A DNA stretch of 54,620 bases, the filler included, from Squatina squatina (lineage: Eukaryota): the NCBI GenBank assembly GCA_031763465.1. It is 3 parts of 3 records of this genome, joined end to end, with 100 filler letters (N's around TTAATTAATTAA, not from the genome) between each part and the next. Parts side by side here need not be neighbours in the genome. Positions count along the whole stretch, not along the records: positions 1 to 21,540 come from JARFOE010000234.1; 2 more parts are not named here. The stretch is one strand, 5' to 3'. The position numbers and the translations under genes were made by a program. This document shows, one piece after another, positions 1-12,758 of this stretch; the first letter of the stretch is position 1, and the number at the start of each line of letters is the position of its first letter. The notes below the pieces were generated by a model. That model worked only from the letters and a program-made list of their open reading frames with translations, made no database searches and had not been told where the DNA came from.

Positions 1-689
1 TTTGATTGATTCCAGTTAAGTGAATTTCTTTTACTTCAAGCTTACTGGTGTTCATATTAACAAACTGTTTTATCAGCAATATTTGTCATTAATTTTCTAA
101 TGTAGTTCAGTATGTTGGTAAAATGTAGCAGTTGGTTATACAACATGCAATAAACATCTGATACTGTTTGTCTCAGTATGACAGGCTTGATGGTAGGAAT
201 GATTTTCACTCTCGTCCAATTGTATATATTTTTAAAAATCTTGTTAAGCCTAGCACAGTGACTATCGAAAAAAACCATGCATAGATGCCTACTAAGGCTA
301 ATATATGAAGATTACCAAGTAGAATGTCTTATCTTTCCTGAATTTTGTTTGGTTTGATTTACTGAGGCGAAGTTAATCCAGTTTTTCTAGTTGGAGTTGT
401 AAAGCTATGAAGACCCTCTTTTGCCCAGCGTTGTGTTCAGTATTCCTTGGGATTTTTTATTTCTTCATGCATAAAGTTCTTTTTTTTTTGTTCTGATTGT
501 CATCAAAAAAAAATTGTNNNNNNNNNNNNNNNNNNNNNNNNNNNNNNNNNNNNNNNNNNNNNNNNNNNNNNNNNNNNNNNNNNNNNNNNNNNNNNNNNNN
601 NNNNNNNNNNNNNNNNNGTGATGATCTATCAGATGGGAGCTTTTACTGTACATTTGAAACTGCTAAGTAATCAGCTGGAACAATGACCA

Positions 690-980
690 CTGAACTCCTG
701 CCTCATATTAACAGCCGTGGTCCCTGAACAGCATGGTTCCCATGGCCATGAAATTAAAGTGAATCGGTAAGTTAAAAAAAGCCTGTTAATGATCTGTCAA
801 CTAGATGTTAATGAGATTAATTGGATTGGCCGCTGCTGCCTGTGGGTCTGCCCAGTGCTGACAGACCCGACATTGAGAAAGGCATGTGGTGGCGGGTTGA
901 CAGAGGGGTCCTGTCAAATAAAACCATTCCTACCTGACCCGCCACCGATCCTGCCTGCTGACCCCCGGAAAATTCTGGCC
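690..980. mobile_element. PIF/Harbinger-like element end
   Basis: Ends in GGAAAATTCTGGCC (TIR-like), with repeated ACCCG subterminal motifs and an inverted pair GGTGGCGGGT (888-897) / ACCCGCCACC (937-946). Confidence 0.5.
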
Positions 981-2953
981 TTTGTGATCGAAACTCACTC
1001 CAGCATCAGTATCACCCAAAACTTATTCTAATTTATTGTTCAAATTCTACCATTACCTCCCTGCTTGCTTTAACCTAATGCTTTAAATGTATAATTCCAC
1101 CCTCACCCTGCTTCCTTACAGCCCTGTCTATGTAAATGAACCTGTCTATATAAATGACTTCTCTTCATCTCCAGCAAGGTGAGCTTGTTGAGGAGTGTAG
1201 GTGGTGTCCAGGGATCACTGCATACAAATGTCCTCCATTATCTGATGTAGTTCATTTTCACAAAGGGTTAACTCACCTATTTTGTTCATTGGAAAGCAGC
1301 CATGGTGCCACTGACAATGTATCTCCTCTGCAGTTCTAGAAAAGGGAAGATGGCGTGTATTCACAGCATCTCCAAATATGCATTGAGAATGGCTCAGGTA
1401 AACTTCAACTAGTAAGTGCAGTAGAAGCACAACTACGCAAACTAATCCTGTCCGGTCGTGCAAGCAGATAGTTTTTAATTAGTATGGACTGAAACATTAA
1501 GCTGCTTTTATTAGATAATATTTTATTGGAGGCCTCATTATAAATCCTCTAAACATATTAAAATGATTGTACGTGGTCATACTGGATTAAAGTGCCAAAA
1601 TAAATGCTTTATTAGCATCTCACTTCCTGCTGGGTTACAGTAATTGTAAAATGTGAAGAAACGAGGAGGGACCATGAAGATAAAACTGTTTCCTGCACAT
1701 CTGTTTCATTTAGATTTGCTCTAAAGGTCAGTTCTAACACAGCAAATACACACAAAACACTGTCTGCTATTCTCCAGCTCCAGGTCTATCAGCAAGGTTT
1801 TATTTTTATCTCTTTAATTAATCCTCGCCCATTCTTTACATTTCACATCCTTTGCCTCTGTCTCCTGCCATAACCGCCTTCTCCTTCAGTCGGGACTATA
1901 GCACTCACTGTCGTCACCAATCATCGCAGTTCCATGGAACCCTGGCATAGACAAATATATTACCACTCTCAGTTACAAAATCCTGAAAGGCGGGAGCAGG
2001 CAGTATAATCTTGTATGTTTTGCTCAGTTTAATTCTGTAGTGATGAATAAAATAGGAAGAAGCAGCAGTCATCTAATTAATGAAGTTAATCGTCTAAATC
2101 AAACAAGCTCATGGTTTGACTTGCACATCTCATGGGCTTAGGTTTCCCTCCCACATCTTGACAGCATCCCTGCATCTCCCGAATGGCTCGCCGTCTGCAC
2201 AGATTTCATTAAGCACCTCCCGCAGAGCACCAACAAGGTTACAAACTGGANNNNNNNNNNNNNNNNNNNNNNNNNNNNNNNNNNNNNNNNNNNNNNNNNN
2301 NNNNNNNNNNNNNNNNNNNNNNNNNNNNNNNNNNNNNNNNNNNNNNNNNNGTAAATGTTGTAAGTTTTTTACCTACACCATTTTCGAGTGATTGGATAAG
2401 ACTCATTGTTTGTTGTTTGTGAATTTAGAGATAGCTGTAAAAACACCTTTCTTCTGCAAAGGTAGCAGCAGCCTGCACAAACCGAGGGGCTAAGAGGCAT
2501 CTGCTGTCTCCTAGTCTTCTCAGTGACACAGAATTGAACAGTACTATTTTTCATAATAATTACCTTTTTTAACCACTCACTAAAATCAATATTCTGTTTT
2601 CAGATTATAGTGTGGAGTCCAATTCCCAAGGTGGCTTCACCCATCACACAGCTTTGACTCCAATTTTTCTTAATCACTGATTTGGTCTCATATTCCCACA
2701 AGGTGTTGACAGTCTTATATTCACATTATAAATCGTGATGCTATCTCCAACTAATCCTTTCATGAGATGCTAGATTTGTTTTCTAAAATTGATGGAAATA
2801 GTTATTGAATAATGTGAATGGCTTAAAGTATTATGTACAGATTAGCTACAGTACTTGTATGAAAATCAATATGTGTTCTCCAAGGCTTTTAAGATACAGC
2901 ACATCTGACCCCACTATAACAGCCTGCATAATGGGCCTGAAATTGCGATCCCC

Positions 2954-3317
2954 AGTCACTGTTGTAATGTAAGAAACAAAGCAGCTAATTTAGGCGCAGC
3001 AAGCTCCCACTCACAGCAATGAGATAATGGCCAGATAATCTGTTTCAGTGATGTTGATTGAGGGACAAATTTGGCTAAGGCACCGGGGAGAACTCTCCCG
3101 CTCTTCTGCGAATAGGGCCATGTCATCTTGTACATCCATGTGAACCGGCAGACAGTGTAACATATCCTCTGGAAGACAGCAGCTCCAAAATTGCAGCACA
3201 CCCTCACAACTGCATTGAAGTGTTATTTTAAATGATGTGCTCAGGTGTCTGGAATGGTGCTTGAACTAACCTTCCAACTCAGATGTGAGAGTGCTACTAC
3301 CGAGCCAAGGCTGACAC
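2954..3317 (-). mobile_element. DeuSINE (SacSINE1-like) tRNA-derived SINE
   Basis: Reverse complement aligns by eye with the full copy at 20270-20715 (GTGTCAGCC..GGCTCGGT head, GAAGAG..GTTCTCCCCGGTG core, CATTACAACAGTGAC). Confidence 0.85.
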
Positions 3318-4050
3318 TTGCCCATTTTTCCTCCACCGTTTTGGTTTCTTTGCATGGCACACCATGCTTGGTCAAGAGGGCAAGCAGGCAGTCCATCCCT
3401 GTGCCTTTGCCCTTACTGTTCTTTATTCAGCCACTTGTGGAGGGGAAGACAAGAGTGACTCATTCCCTAAATGCTCCCTCTCACATTTGGAGGGAACACT
3501 TGGTTTGACACAATGGGAATCAGGCTTTCCTACAACCCAACCTCATTCCTGCTGATGTGCTAAATATACTTTTAATCTTTGCCCTAGGTAGTGCACAATG
3601 AATATATACTTGGAACAATGGAATAAAACATTCTTTCTTTTCTTCTCCTTCCCATTAACAACTAGCCTATTGCTAATTGACTAATTACAAATTTAAATGA
3701 GTATTTAAAAGCATTTCCCATGGAGAAAAGCCATAAGAAAGTGCACTATTAGCACCAGCAGCAGTCCCTAATTAACAGCAGAAATAATAAATTAATCTAT
3801 CCCAGTGGCGAGGAAAGGTTAAATCTGCAGACATTAAAAAATTCCATTATTACTTGGGGGCATTGGCCAGCTGCCCTTCAGAAGCATTGTATTTGACAGT
3901 AATTTAAGACATTAATTGGTCCTCGGGTGGGGGACTTCTTTGCCCGTGATNNNNNNNNNNNNNNNNNNNNNNNNNNNNNNNNNNNNNNNNNNNNNNNNNN
4001 NNNNNNNNNNNNNNNNNNNNNNNNNNNNNNNNNNNNNNNNNNNNNNNNNN

Positions 4051-4168
4051 TGCTGTGTGCAAATTCGCTGCCGCGTTTCCTACATTACAACAGTGACTAC
4101 GCTTCAAAAAGTACTTCATTGGCTGTAGTCGTGAAAGGTGCTATGGAAATGTAAGTCTTTCTTTCTTT
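4051..4168 (+). mobile_element. DeuSINE 3' tail
   Basis: CATTACAACAGTGACTACGCTTCAAAAAGTACTTCATTGGCTGT...AAATGTAAGTCTTTCTTTCTTT. Confidence 0.85.
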
Positions 4169-4789
4169 GTGAGTGAAGCATGCTTTAATCTCTCAGAAGA
4201 TAAAGGTCATAACACTTGGACTATAGATATATATAGAGACAACACTAAAAGATATTTAATGACTCATGACTGTGTTTTAGTGGTAGCAATTTAGCATTGT
4301 AGCCCCAGGGTTTAATAAAATGCACTGTATAGTATCCTGCTACATAAACAGTTTTCTTGCAGCCAGCCAGTCTGTATTTAAACTATTATATTGAGCACTC
4401 TTCTTTAACAACTCATGGTCCATATTTAATTTTAAAGTTTGTTGTTATTTATGCAATGATGGTTGCTTACATTTTGCTCACTCATTATGGGCAATTTGAA
4501 AACATAAATGGCTTTTTTTTTTAATTCAGGCAACTAGGCATTGTTATTGCTGCTTAACTATTAGCTTCCAGCCTATCAAGAATGGAGCAGCTTGTAACAG
4601 CATTACAGTGAACCCATTTTAATTACATTCATCTTTCGGAATTTCTTTTTAAGCAGCTCAAAATAAGCCAGTCTTTCATTCCAATGGCACAAGCATTTCT
4701 CTCAAAATGTAACTTCTGCAATGTAATCATTGAAATATCCTCTTTTTGTTGGAAACAGAATGATTAGATATCCCAAAACAAGTTGCCGC

Positions 4790-5000
4790 TACTGAACGAC
4801 AAAGGCTAACATCAGTAGAAATTCAGTCATTAATATTGGGCACTCACAAGGAAAAGTTAATGAGCCCGACAGCATGACGTGCTGAATTAACATCAGAAGT
4901 GGTGTAGTCATTAACACTGGACACTGGCTGGGAGGAGTTAATGAAACCAACAGCGTGAACCAGCTGAATTAACATCACTAGAAATACTGTCATTGAGGCT
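4790..5000. repeat. Degenerate ~81-82 bp tandem repeat, about 2.5 copies
   Basis: TAACATCA at 4807, 4888 and 4970, each followed by GTCATT; AGTTAATGA..CAGC.TGA..GCTGAAT recurs with the same period. Confidence 0.8.
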
Positions 5001-5584
5001 GAATTTATACCGATTCGAGAGTTGCCCACCAAACTCCATCTTGCCAATAACCCTAATTGCGTTACTGGTTTTACAATTTGCCCTACGATCAGGATAAAAG
5101 AGTCGGGGCAGATATTAGTGTTGTGCAGTAGCACAAACGAAGCATTGTCGTATCAGTTGCCTGTTATACCCCCCACCCGATGTTCGGTTCCACTGATGAG
5201 AAATGAACTGAATATCAAGCGGGGCCTATAACGATAACTATGTTACCTGTGCGATACCGCCCTATCTACTACCTCCCATGTCCAAGGGGAGCTTAACATG
5301 GATAGTATGAAAGAGGGCAAATTGTTTAATGCACTTCAATCACATTATCCCCGAAATACAAGACACGAAGAACAGGTAGAGTGCATCAAATCCCAGGATC
5401 ACATCAGCATTCAATTGCTTAAAGCCAGCCAGTGCAGTTCCAGGACTGCAGTGTCAAGCAAGGTTCCCGGATGTCACTGAGGACACGGGGTAGACTGTCA
5501 GACAGATCCGAAATAAAGCTGGAAGCCATAGTTTTCATTATGGCCTCTATAAGAACTTAAGAAATAAGAGCATAACACATATAA

Positions 5585-5724
5585 GGCGGCCAATTCGTCC
5601 TTTTTTTGGGGCGTTAAAGTAGTGTTAAATCGGCGTTAATGGCCTAACGCCGATTTTGAGCGCTAAATTTACTGATGGGAAATTCGTCTCCCGTTAACAC
5701 TGGCGCTAAATGGGCGTTAAACCT
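5585..5724. mobile_element. PIF/Harbinger-like element left end with subterminal repeats
   Basis: TAA|GGCGGCCAATTCG start, repeated GGCGTTAA/GCGCTAA motifs and a perfect 12-bp hairpin at 5627-5656. Confidence 0.6.
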
Positions 5725-5727
5725 TTA

Positions 5728-6462
5728 GGGCTGGAAATTCATCGTCCAGCGCTGGATGCTGTCAATGATATCATCAGTAGGCGCAATGCCCAAAATGGCC
5801 GCCTGCTGACAAATTCGATCAGGCTGATGAACCTTAAAACTAGCGGTGACAAAGCCAATTTTTGGGGGCCTTGACACACTCAATCTTATATTTTGTAGTG
5901 CTATTAAAAGGCCCAGGGGTGGGCTGCATTCTAAGTTTGCATCTTGGCTCGCTGACGCGGATATCACGGGATTTCATACTTTAGCGGCTCACATAGAAAC
6001 TCTGTCGACTTTTATTCGAATTGTCATCACAATTTGTGACAGTGAAAAAATCGGGGGAGCTCGCCATGGGGGCTGCACTCATGATCGAGTGGGAACTCCA
6101 CCAACATCACATGAAGTACCTAAGGCACAGAAGACATCTTAGAAACCAACAGAGAGCCAGGAGAGCACAGGCAAATGAGACTAGGGTGAGGCAGCAGCAG
6201 CTGCTGGGCATGACCACGTCCAACAACCACCTGACATGCCAAAGCCACCTGCACCATTGATGGCACAGACAGACCTCTACAGAGTCCTCCTAGAGGGTGG
6301 AGGCCAAGGCGACATCAAAGGAGGTATGCCCACAGAGTCTACAGACACTGCTTCAGCTACCTCCACATGACCAATGAGCAATGCCTTCGTAGACTGCACT
6401 TCAGAAAGGAGGTCATAACTGACCTCTGCCAACTCCTGCAGGCTGACCTCCAGCCTCACACC
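5728..6462 (+). mobile_element. PIF/Harbinger transposon 5' part with a decayed transposase N-terminus
   Basis: TTA|GGGCTGGAAATTC TIR. ~6319-6462 reads RRYAHRVYRHCFSYLHMTNEQCLRRLHFRKEVITDLCQLLQADLQPHT (Harbinger/HARBI1-type transposase N-terminus). The putative start MGAAL at 6066 is in another frame and stops at 6260. Confidence 0.85.
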
Positions 6463-6799
6463 NNNNNNNNNNNNNNNNNNNNNNNNNNNNNNNNNNNNNN
6501 NNNNNNNNNNNNNNNNNNNNNNNNNNNNNNNNNNNNNNNNNNNNNNNNNNNNNNNNNNNNNNACCGCAGTGGTCCTAGTATTGAACCATGGAGAACTTCA
6601 CTGTATACCTCCCTCCAGTCCGAATAACAACCATTTTACTGCTGCTGCCTTTTGTATCCCATGGGCTTCAATTTTGCAAACCAGCCTAATATGTGGTACC
6701 AAATGCCCGTTGAAAGTCCTTCAACTGCACTGCTGTCATCCTCCCTGTTAACTCAATCAATTTACTCAAACACAATTTGCTCTCAACAGATCTTTGCTG

Positions 6800-6990
6800 G
6801 CTCTCCTTTATTAGTCCATGCTTTGTCCAAGTGGCTATTGATTTTCTCCTGGATTATTGTTTCTAAAATCTTCCCCACCACCGTGTTAAACTGACTTGGC
6901 CTGCAATTGCCAGGATTATCCTTCTCTGCAATTTTTACCCATGTGCCACTCAGCAACCTAGGATGCATCCCATCAGGACCAGGTGACTTG
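6800..6990 (-). mobile_element. CR1 LINE ORF2 fragment
   Basis: KSPGPDGMHPRLL...KDNPGNCRP...VVGKILETIIQEKINSHLDK. Confidence 0.88.
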
Positions 6991-6994
6991 CACC

Positions 6995-7107
6995 ACTCCT
7001 CCACTGTCTCTAAATTGTCAAACTGCTTGTCCACTATCAGGTACTGGAGGAGCAGAAATTTCTTCCAACTAAATATTGGGAAGACCAAAGCCATTGTCTA
7101 TGGTCCC
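6995..7107 (+). mobile_element. L2-type LINE RT fragment
   Basis: LSNCLSTIRYWRSRNFFQLNIGKTKAIVYGP (L2 WMxxNFLQLNxxKTE motif). Confidence 0.85.
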
Positions 7108-7207
7108 NNNNNNNNNNNNNNNNNNNNNNNNNNNNNNNNNNNNNNNNNNNNNNNNNNNNNNNNNNNNNNNNNNNNNNNNNNNNNNNNNNNNNNNNNNNNN
7201 NNNNNNN

Positions 7208-7276
7208 CAGGCGCAAAGGGCTTAGCGCCACGTTAGCGTCATTTTCCGTGAGACTTGAGGAGACCAATTGGGCCCC
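7208..7276. mobile_element. PIF/Harbinger-like right end
   Basis: TTAGCG subterminal motifs, then CCAATTGGGCCCC|TTA. Confidence 0.55.
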
Positions 7277-10200
7277 TTAGGTCTTTTTCCTCCTGTGGAA
7301 ACTGGAACTGATGCACATTTTCTATGCAAATGACTAGGGTCAAGCATGGCCGAAATAATTGGAAGGAACGTGGGTGGCTATCGATTAATTTGCTGTTATA
7401 TGAAGATGGTCGGGATTAATGTAATTAAGGGCCATAAGCATGTATCTACAATGGCAAAGGTCTTTGTCACTACTGTTGTCTTATATTTACTGTGGGTGCC
7501 TTTCTTAACAATTTTAGTCTGGTGTTAACTCCTTTGGCAACCACGTTTAAATTATATTGGTTCACCAGTTAAATCGTTAATGTGTTTCTGTAGTCCTCCC
7601 AATCCTTTATTTCTGTCAGAAATGCTTAGTGGTCAGAATTCCTTGAGGATGGTAATAAATGATGGAAAATCTTAGTTAAAATCATCCATTCTAGCATGTT
7701 ATTCGCACCATTAAATATTAAAAGTAAAATATTTATTGTTCCAATATCACCAAGAGGTGTCTTCCAGTAAACTCTCAGCAATCTCAGGCCCAGTGCATCT
7801 AAACTTGCGGGAAAGCACCTTCAGGGAATGGATTTTAGACATTCATATTCAGGGGGATTAAACAAATATATCTGCGCTACTTGCTGTTTTCATACTGCGT
7901 ATGGAATCCCAGATCTAATATAAACATGTCCATTGACTGATGTCCATTGAGATCTGCTGTAATCTGTAACTAGTCCGATGAGTCAACACTTTGTTAGAAA
8001 GGCTGTATCAGCTAATAGCACAGGGCTTACCACAAATTTCCATGGCACATTCTTTTACCCTGACTTTTAAATCTATACAGTTCAACCAATATTGCAGAAT
8101 ACGTGAAAGAGAACGTGAGCAGGAATAATGTTTGAATGAGGATAACAGNNNNNNNNNNGGAAATCGTATTATATAATCATAATCTATCATCCAAATCCCT
8201 TGGTCATGAAGCAGCTTTCTCGACGTAACAAAAACAATCAATAATTTCAACATGACATACTTCAGTTGATTTTAACAGAATAAAAGTGAGTCTGCTAATC
8301 TACCGCTATTTATCTACCTCTGTATCGATGTGTTTGTAATAGCATTGAATAAATTACACAAGAAAAGAGTTGACTTGAATATTTATCTTTATTTGGTGCA
8401 AGTACAGAATTCAGGCCAGGCATTTAAGTTGAAAGTTGAAAGTTTTTATTATTAGTATTTCTAATGGGCCTGAAATTGTGGTCCCTACGGGTACGTACTG
8501 CGCATGCCCCTAACTCCAGAACATGCGATCCGCCAAGATTTCTCTTGACAGNNNNNNNNNNNNNNNNNNNNNNNNNNNNNNNNNNNNNNNNNNNNNNNNN
8601 NNNNNNNNNNNNNNNNNNNNNNNNNNNNNNNNNNNNNNNNNNNNNNNNNNNGAACATAGGTTTTGTTTTATGATACCAAGAAATTTTCTAAGAGGCCAAT
8701 TCTGTGTGTTAAGATATTTTTTCAAAGCAGGCACTAAATTTACACCTATTGGCCCGATATAGCCACAGACTATAAAAAGGTCAATTGGGCACCCCCCCTG
8801 TTTGTATCTCAGAGAACTCTCACTGGAACGAGGTTGGTGCGACAGCTCAGAGCAGCTGCCGTTCCCACTCCTGATCACTGTGGCTACCTGCAGGGGTCAC
8901 CGAGCCTCTCAGCCCACTGGTGGGGTCTCTTCCCTAGTATCGTTCGGGAAGGTCAAGGGCGGACTGAATATAAACTTGCTGTTATCTTCACACGCACATA
9001 TCTGTTGCTCCCAATATGCCCCACTGTATCAACAGGCCAAATAAAGCAGAAAGGTAATTGGGTACATTTCCAACGGATATGTATATTCACATCTAAACCC
9101 TTTGAGGGGAGAGGTGTAACATGAACTAGTTAACATACTCTGATATCAATGAGGTCTTTTCATAAGGTAATTCTCGGAGTCTGACATTTAGAAGTCAGAT
9201 CTATTCAATGCCCCCCCCCCCATAGTCCACTGGGCATGGGCGGGGAATGTTAATTAACCTCACTGCCCGGTAGCAATCAATGAACGTTTCACTGGTGACC
9301 AGTCCTTTGTGTCACAGCACAACAGTTAAACTGTCACAGCAATGTGCTAGGTGGGATCCAGTCAACTGTTTAAAGCCATTGTATGGTGAGGTGACTGTTT
9401 GTTCCCACTGTCAGCACAGTCTGCACTGCCTTCAGGGCAAGAGCACACTGAGAGCCAGGGGTTCTGATACATATTTCGAAACTGCGCTCAGCAATAGGCC
9501 ACCTCCTCAGGGGTGCCGTCTTTCGGATGAGACATTAAGCCAAAGCACCTCCCCACCACCCCCCACCCCTCCTCAAGTTTAACTAATCCCAGAAACTAAG
9601 ACCAGTCGAGTTCCGCAACCCCCGACCCACATTGCTCCCTGTCTAAGCACCATCATCCCAAGAAACTTGGATGTATCAGTGCAGCTAGTACATATTGTTG
9701 ACAAGTAATCAGCAAATGTTTTGGGAGGGAGGTTCAGTGGGGAGGGGATACAGCTGCATCTCAACTCCTGCAGGCAGTCCAAAGGATCATTTGCCATTCA
9801 TGCAAATTCATCCATTGATTTATCAGTGGGAGGACAGCTACAATACAACGAAGAATATCTAGTAGAATGACTGCAACACTGTATTATAATGGCACTCCTA
9901 ATTCTCCTGATGCATTGCTGTCTCCAGGCTGACACATCTTCTGAAGTCTGAGCCAGTAAATCTTCCCAGTTGACTGATCAGCTGAGATGGAACCAGAGTT
10001 CATACCTTGCTTATTATTTGTCAAGTGCAGGTCCTCTGCTTTTCTGTGCATAGGTCTGCATTAAGCTACCATTTTGAGACCAAGAATAGATTGGAGACAT
10101 TTAAGTTTCACGAGGTCAATTCTTCAATCCATCATCAGTTTCCACAGTCAGAGCGTTCAATTCAAGTGTCCCTAATTTACTCTCTCTCCCAAAGCAGAAA

Positions 10201-12758
10201 AAAAGATGTATGTGCAGTGTTTAATATTTAATTCTGCACTTGACTGGATTTATATTCATTAATATTTAGCAATTGGGAGTTAGATGGGGAGAGCATCTGC
10301 AATTCACATAAAGTAACAGCAGAGGACTCTGAATGCATCCAAGCTGAGCAGCCTGCAGTGATAGTCCACCAATTTGANNNNNNNNNNAAGGGAGATGTCT
10401 GACTTTTCCAAACTGCTGCCCTTTGCTAGGGTTTCTCTCTAATTCCTGCCACTCCAAAGTTGGATGCTTGAAAGCTGCACCATTTGAGCCATTTAGGAAG
10501 CCTGTTAGCTGTTTCACAATTGTGGATGAGGCAAAATGACAGATACAGCATGATTGATGAATTTTTATCCATTAGCACTTGCCAATTCACAGAGGTGCAA
10601 AATGGTAGGCAGCTATCATTTTAGTTTGTCAAAATTGAGGGGAACAAATCAGAAGAAATCTTTTCTTCATTCAACTGCAAAATATAGCCCTTACTTGTTA
10701 GTAGTGTGGAAATCTTAGAAGAGAATTCCTATTAGGAATGAACAAAGGAAAACATACCTTTAATTTGACTTTATCAAGAGCCCATAGCTTGCAGAGCCAT
10801 CTTCACTATATGTTTATTAAGGTGAGAACTGACAAGCCTGAAGAACTAAATGGTTTATTCATGTTTCATCTTGTAATAGTATGAACATTCTAAGGTCAGG
10901 ANNNNNNNNNNATCACACAGGTCGAAACTGAGTTCTAACTCGATTGTGAATGCACCATGGCTACAACCTCAGAGGACAATCTCTTGTCCTATTAACATAA
11001 CATTTCCTTTCCTTATAATATAAATCCAGGTCTGTCCTGAACTGCTAAACAGGTGCCCACTCCAGCTATGTGTTTGTGTGTTTGAAGTAATGAATTAGTG
11101 AGACTGGGATGAGGACACCAAATTCATTTCATTGTGCTGCTTAACATCCACCTCTGTAAAATGCCCTGGATTTTAATCTGAATTTCAAAGCTTAAGGACA
11201 GTGAATGAGACTAGCATTTTAAGCAATTTTATCACCTAGCTGCCCAAGCATTTCTAGAAATATGAGAAGAATCCATGGGTGACTCAACTCTAACTTGAAC
11301 ATTTCTATTACTTTAATGCGAGGGAACATGTCAAAGTCAATTGATGTTTCATATGTTTACATGCAGATGCATGTCTCACAGAAATTCAGATATACAAGTA
11401 TCAGCTTTAATATAATTAAATCATAGCATAGCAAATAAATGAACTGTGGTCGCTTTAAAAACAAATAAGGAGCAAGCTAAGACAGCTGCTCGTGGCCTAG
11501 TGTTTTCATTGCTGTTGTTAAAGATATGGTAACAACTAATGCCACCACATCTTAAGGCACAAAAATAAGAGGAAAATCGATTTGAATTTTTAGAACACAA
11601 GCTTGAGGTATCCATTTTAACTGTGACAAAATCTCAAACACCAAATTGACTGAGTCAATACCAAACAGGCAGCATTATTGAACATTATATACAGGGCATG
11701 CAATTAACTGGTTAAATTTTTTTTTATAACCTATTCCTGCAATAATGATGTCTAGATNNNNNNNNNNNNNNNNNNNNNNNNNNNNNNNNNNNNNNNNNNN
11801 NNNNNNNNNNNNNNNNNNNNNNNNNNNNNNNNNNNNNNNNNNNNNNNNNNNNNNNNNATAAAGTGTCTTGAGATGACCGGAGGCTATGAAAGATGCTATA
11901 TAAATGCAAGTTAGCTTTCCTTTTTTTTTCCTTCTTTCATTCTTTAAAAAATACAATGCGCCTCTGTAGTACTGTAGCTGATAAACAAATCTGCTGTTAC
12001 AGTTTTAACCAATGTCTAACTTTGAAAGATTTGGTAGATCACTTTTTTGTAAATGGGATTACACTTAATAAAAACTCAGTCGGGCCAAAGGGTTTGAATT
12101 ATTTGCTGGGAGTAAATTTGTGTTCATTCTCCAATGAATATGAACCCTAACCTTAAAATGTGTGCATCTCTGTGAAAGCTCAGGAGACTGGAAATATAGC
12201 TACAAAATGCGCGCAAAATACTTCAGTGGACTTGTAATCTGTTGGGACTTTTATTGTTCTGTAATCTTTCTTTGAAACTTGCACTGCCTGTTAGACTCGC
12301 CTCACATACAAAAATGGAAAGCAGTGAAAGCAGGACTGTAGCACGTAATAAAATATTCATGGCACTTTAAACATGGATTTATGAATTTGGACAGGAAATC
12401 AAACTATTAGAGAGATCAACAGAGGTTGTATCTAAATAAACTTAAAGTGAGTGTGAGGAAGTATGCATGTATGGATTGCATTCTTGGGCAGCTTGTTTCT
12501 GCAAGGAGCTGATGGTTTTATTATTGCAGTACAGATCATCCAATATTCAAAAATGAACACATCTGCCGGATTGACCTTAAAGTAGGAAGGAGCAGATATT
12601 GTCCTGAATTCAAGCAGTGGGAACACATGGCAATAACAGCACAGTGCCTAAAATCCACNNNNNNNNNNNNNNNNNNNNNNNNNNNNNNNNNNNNNNNNNN
12701 NNNNNNNNNNNNNNNNNNNNNNNNNNNNNNNNNNNNNNNNNNNNNNNNNNNNNNNNNN

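Noticed and set aside
1334-1397. Exon-like segment with ctgcag acceptor and gtaaac donor (SRKGKMACIHSISKYALRMAQ)
   Set aside because: The peptide is not recognised and there are no partner exons; splice-like signals occur by chance.
6066-6462. Domesticated HARBI1 gene
   Set aside because: Frame-disrupted and preceded by a TIR and TTA site; it is a transposon copy.
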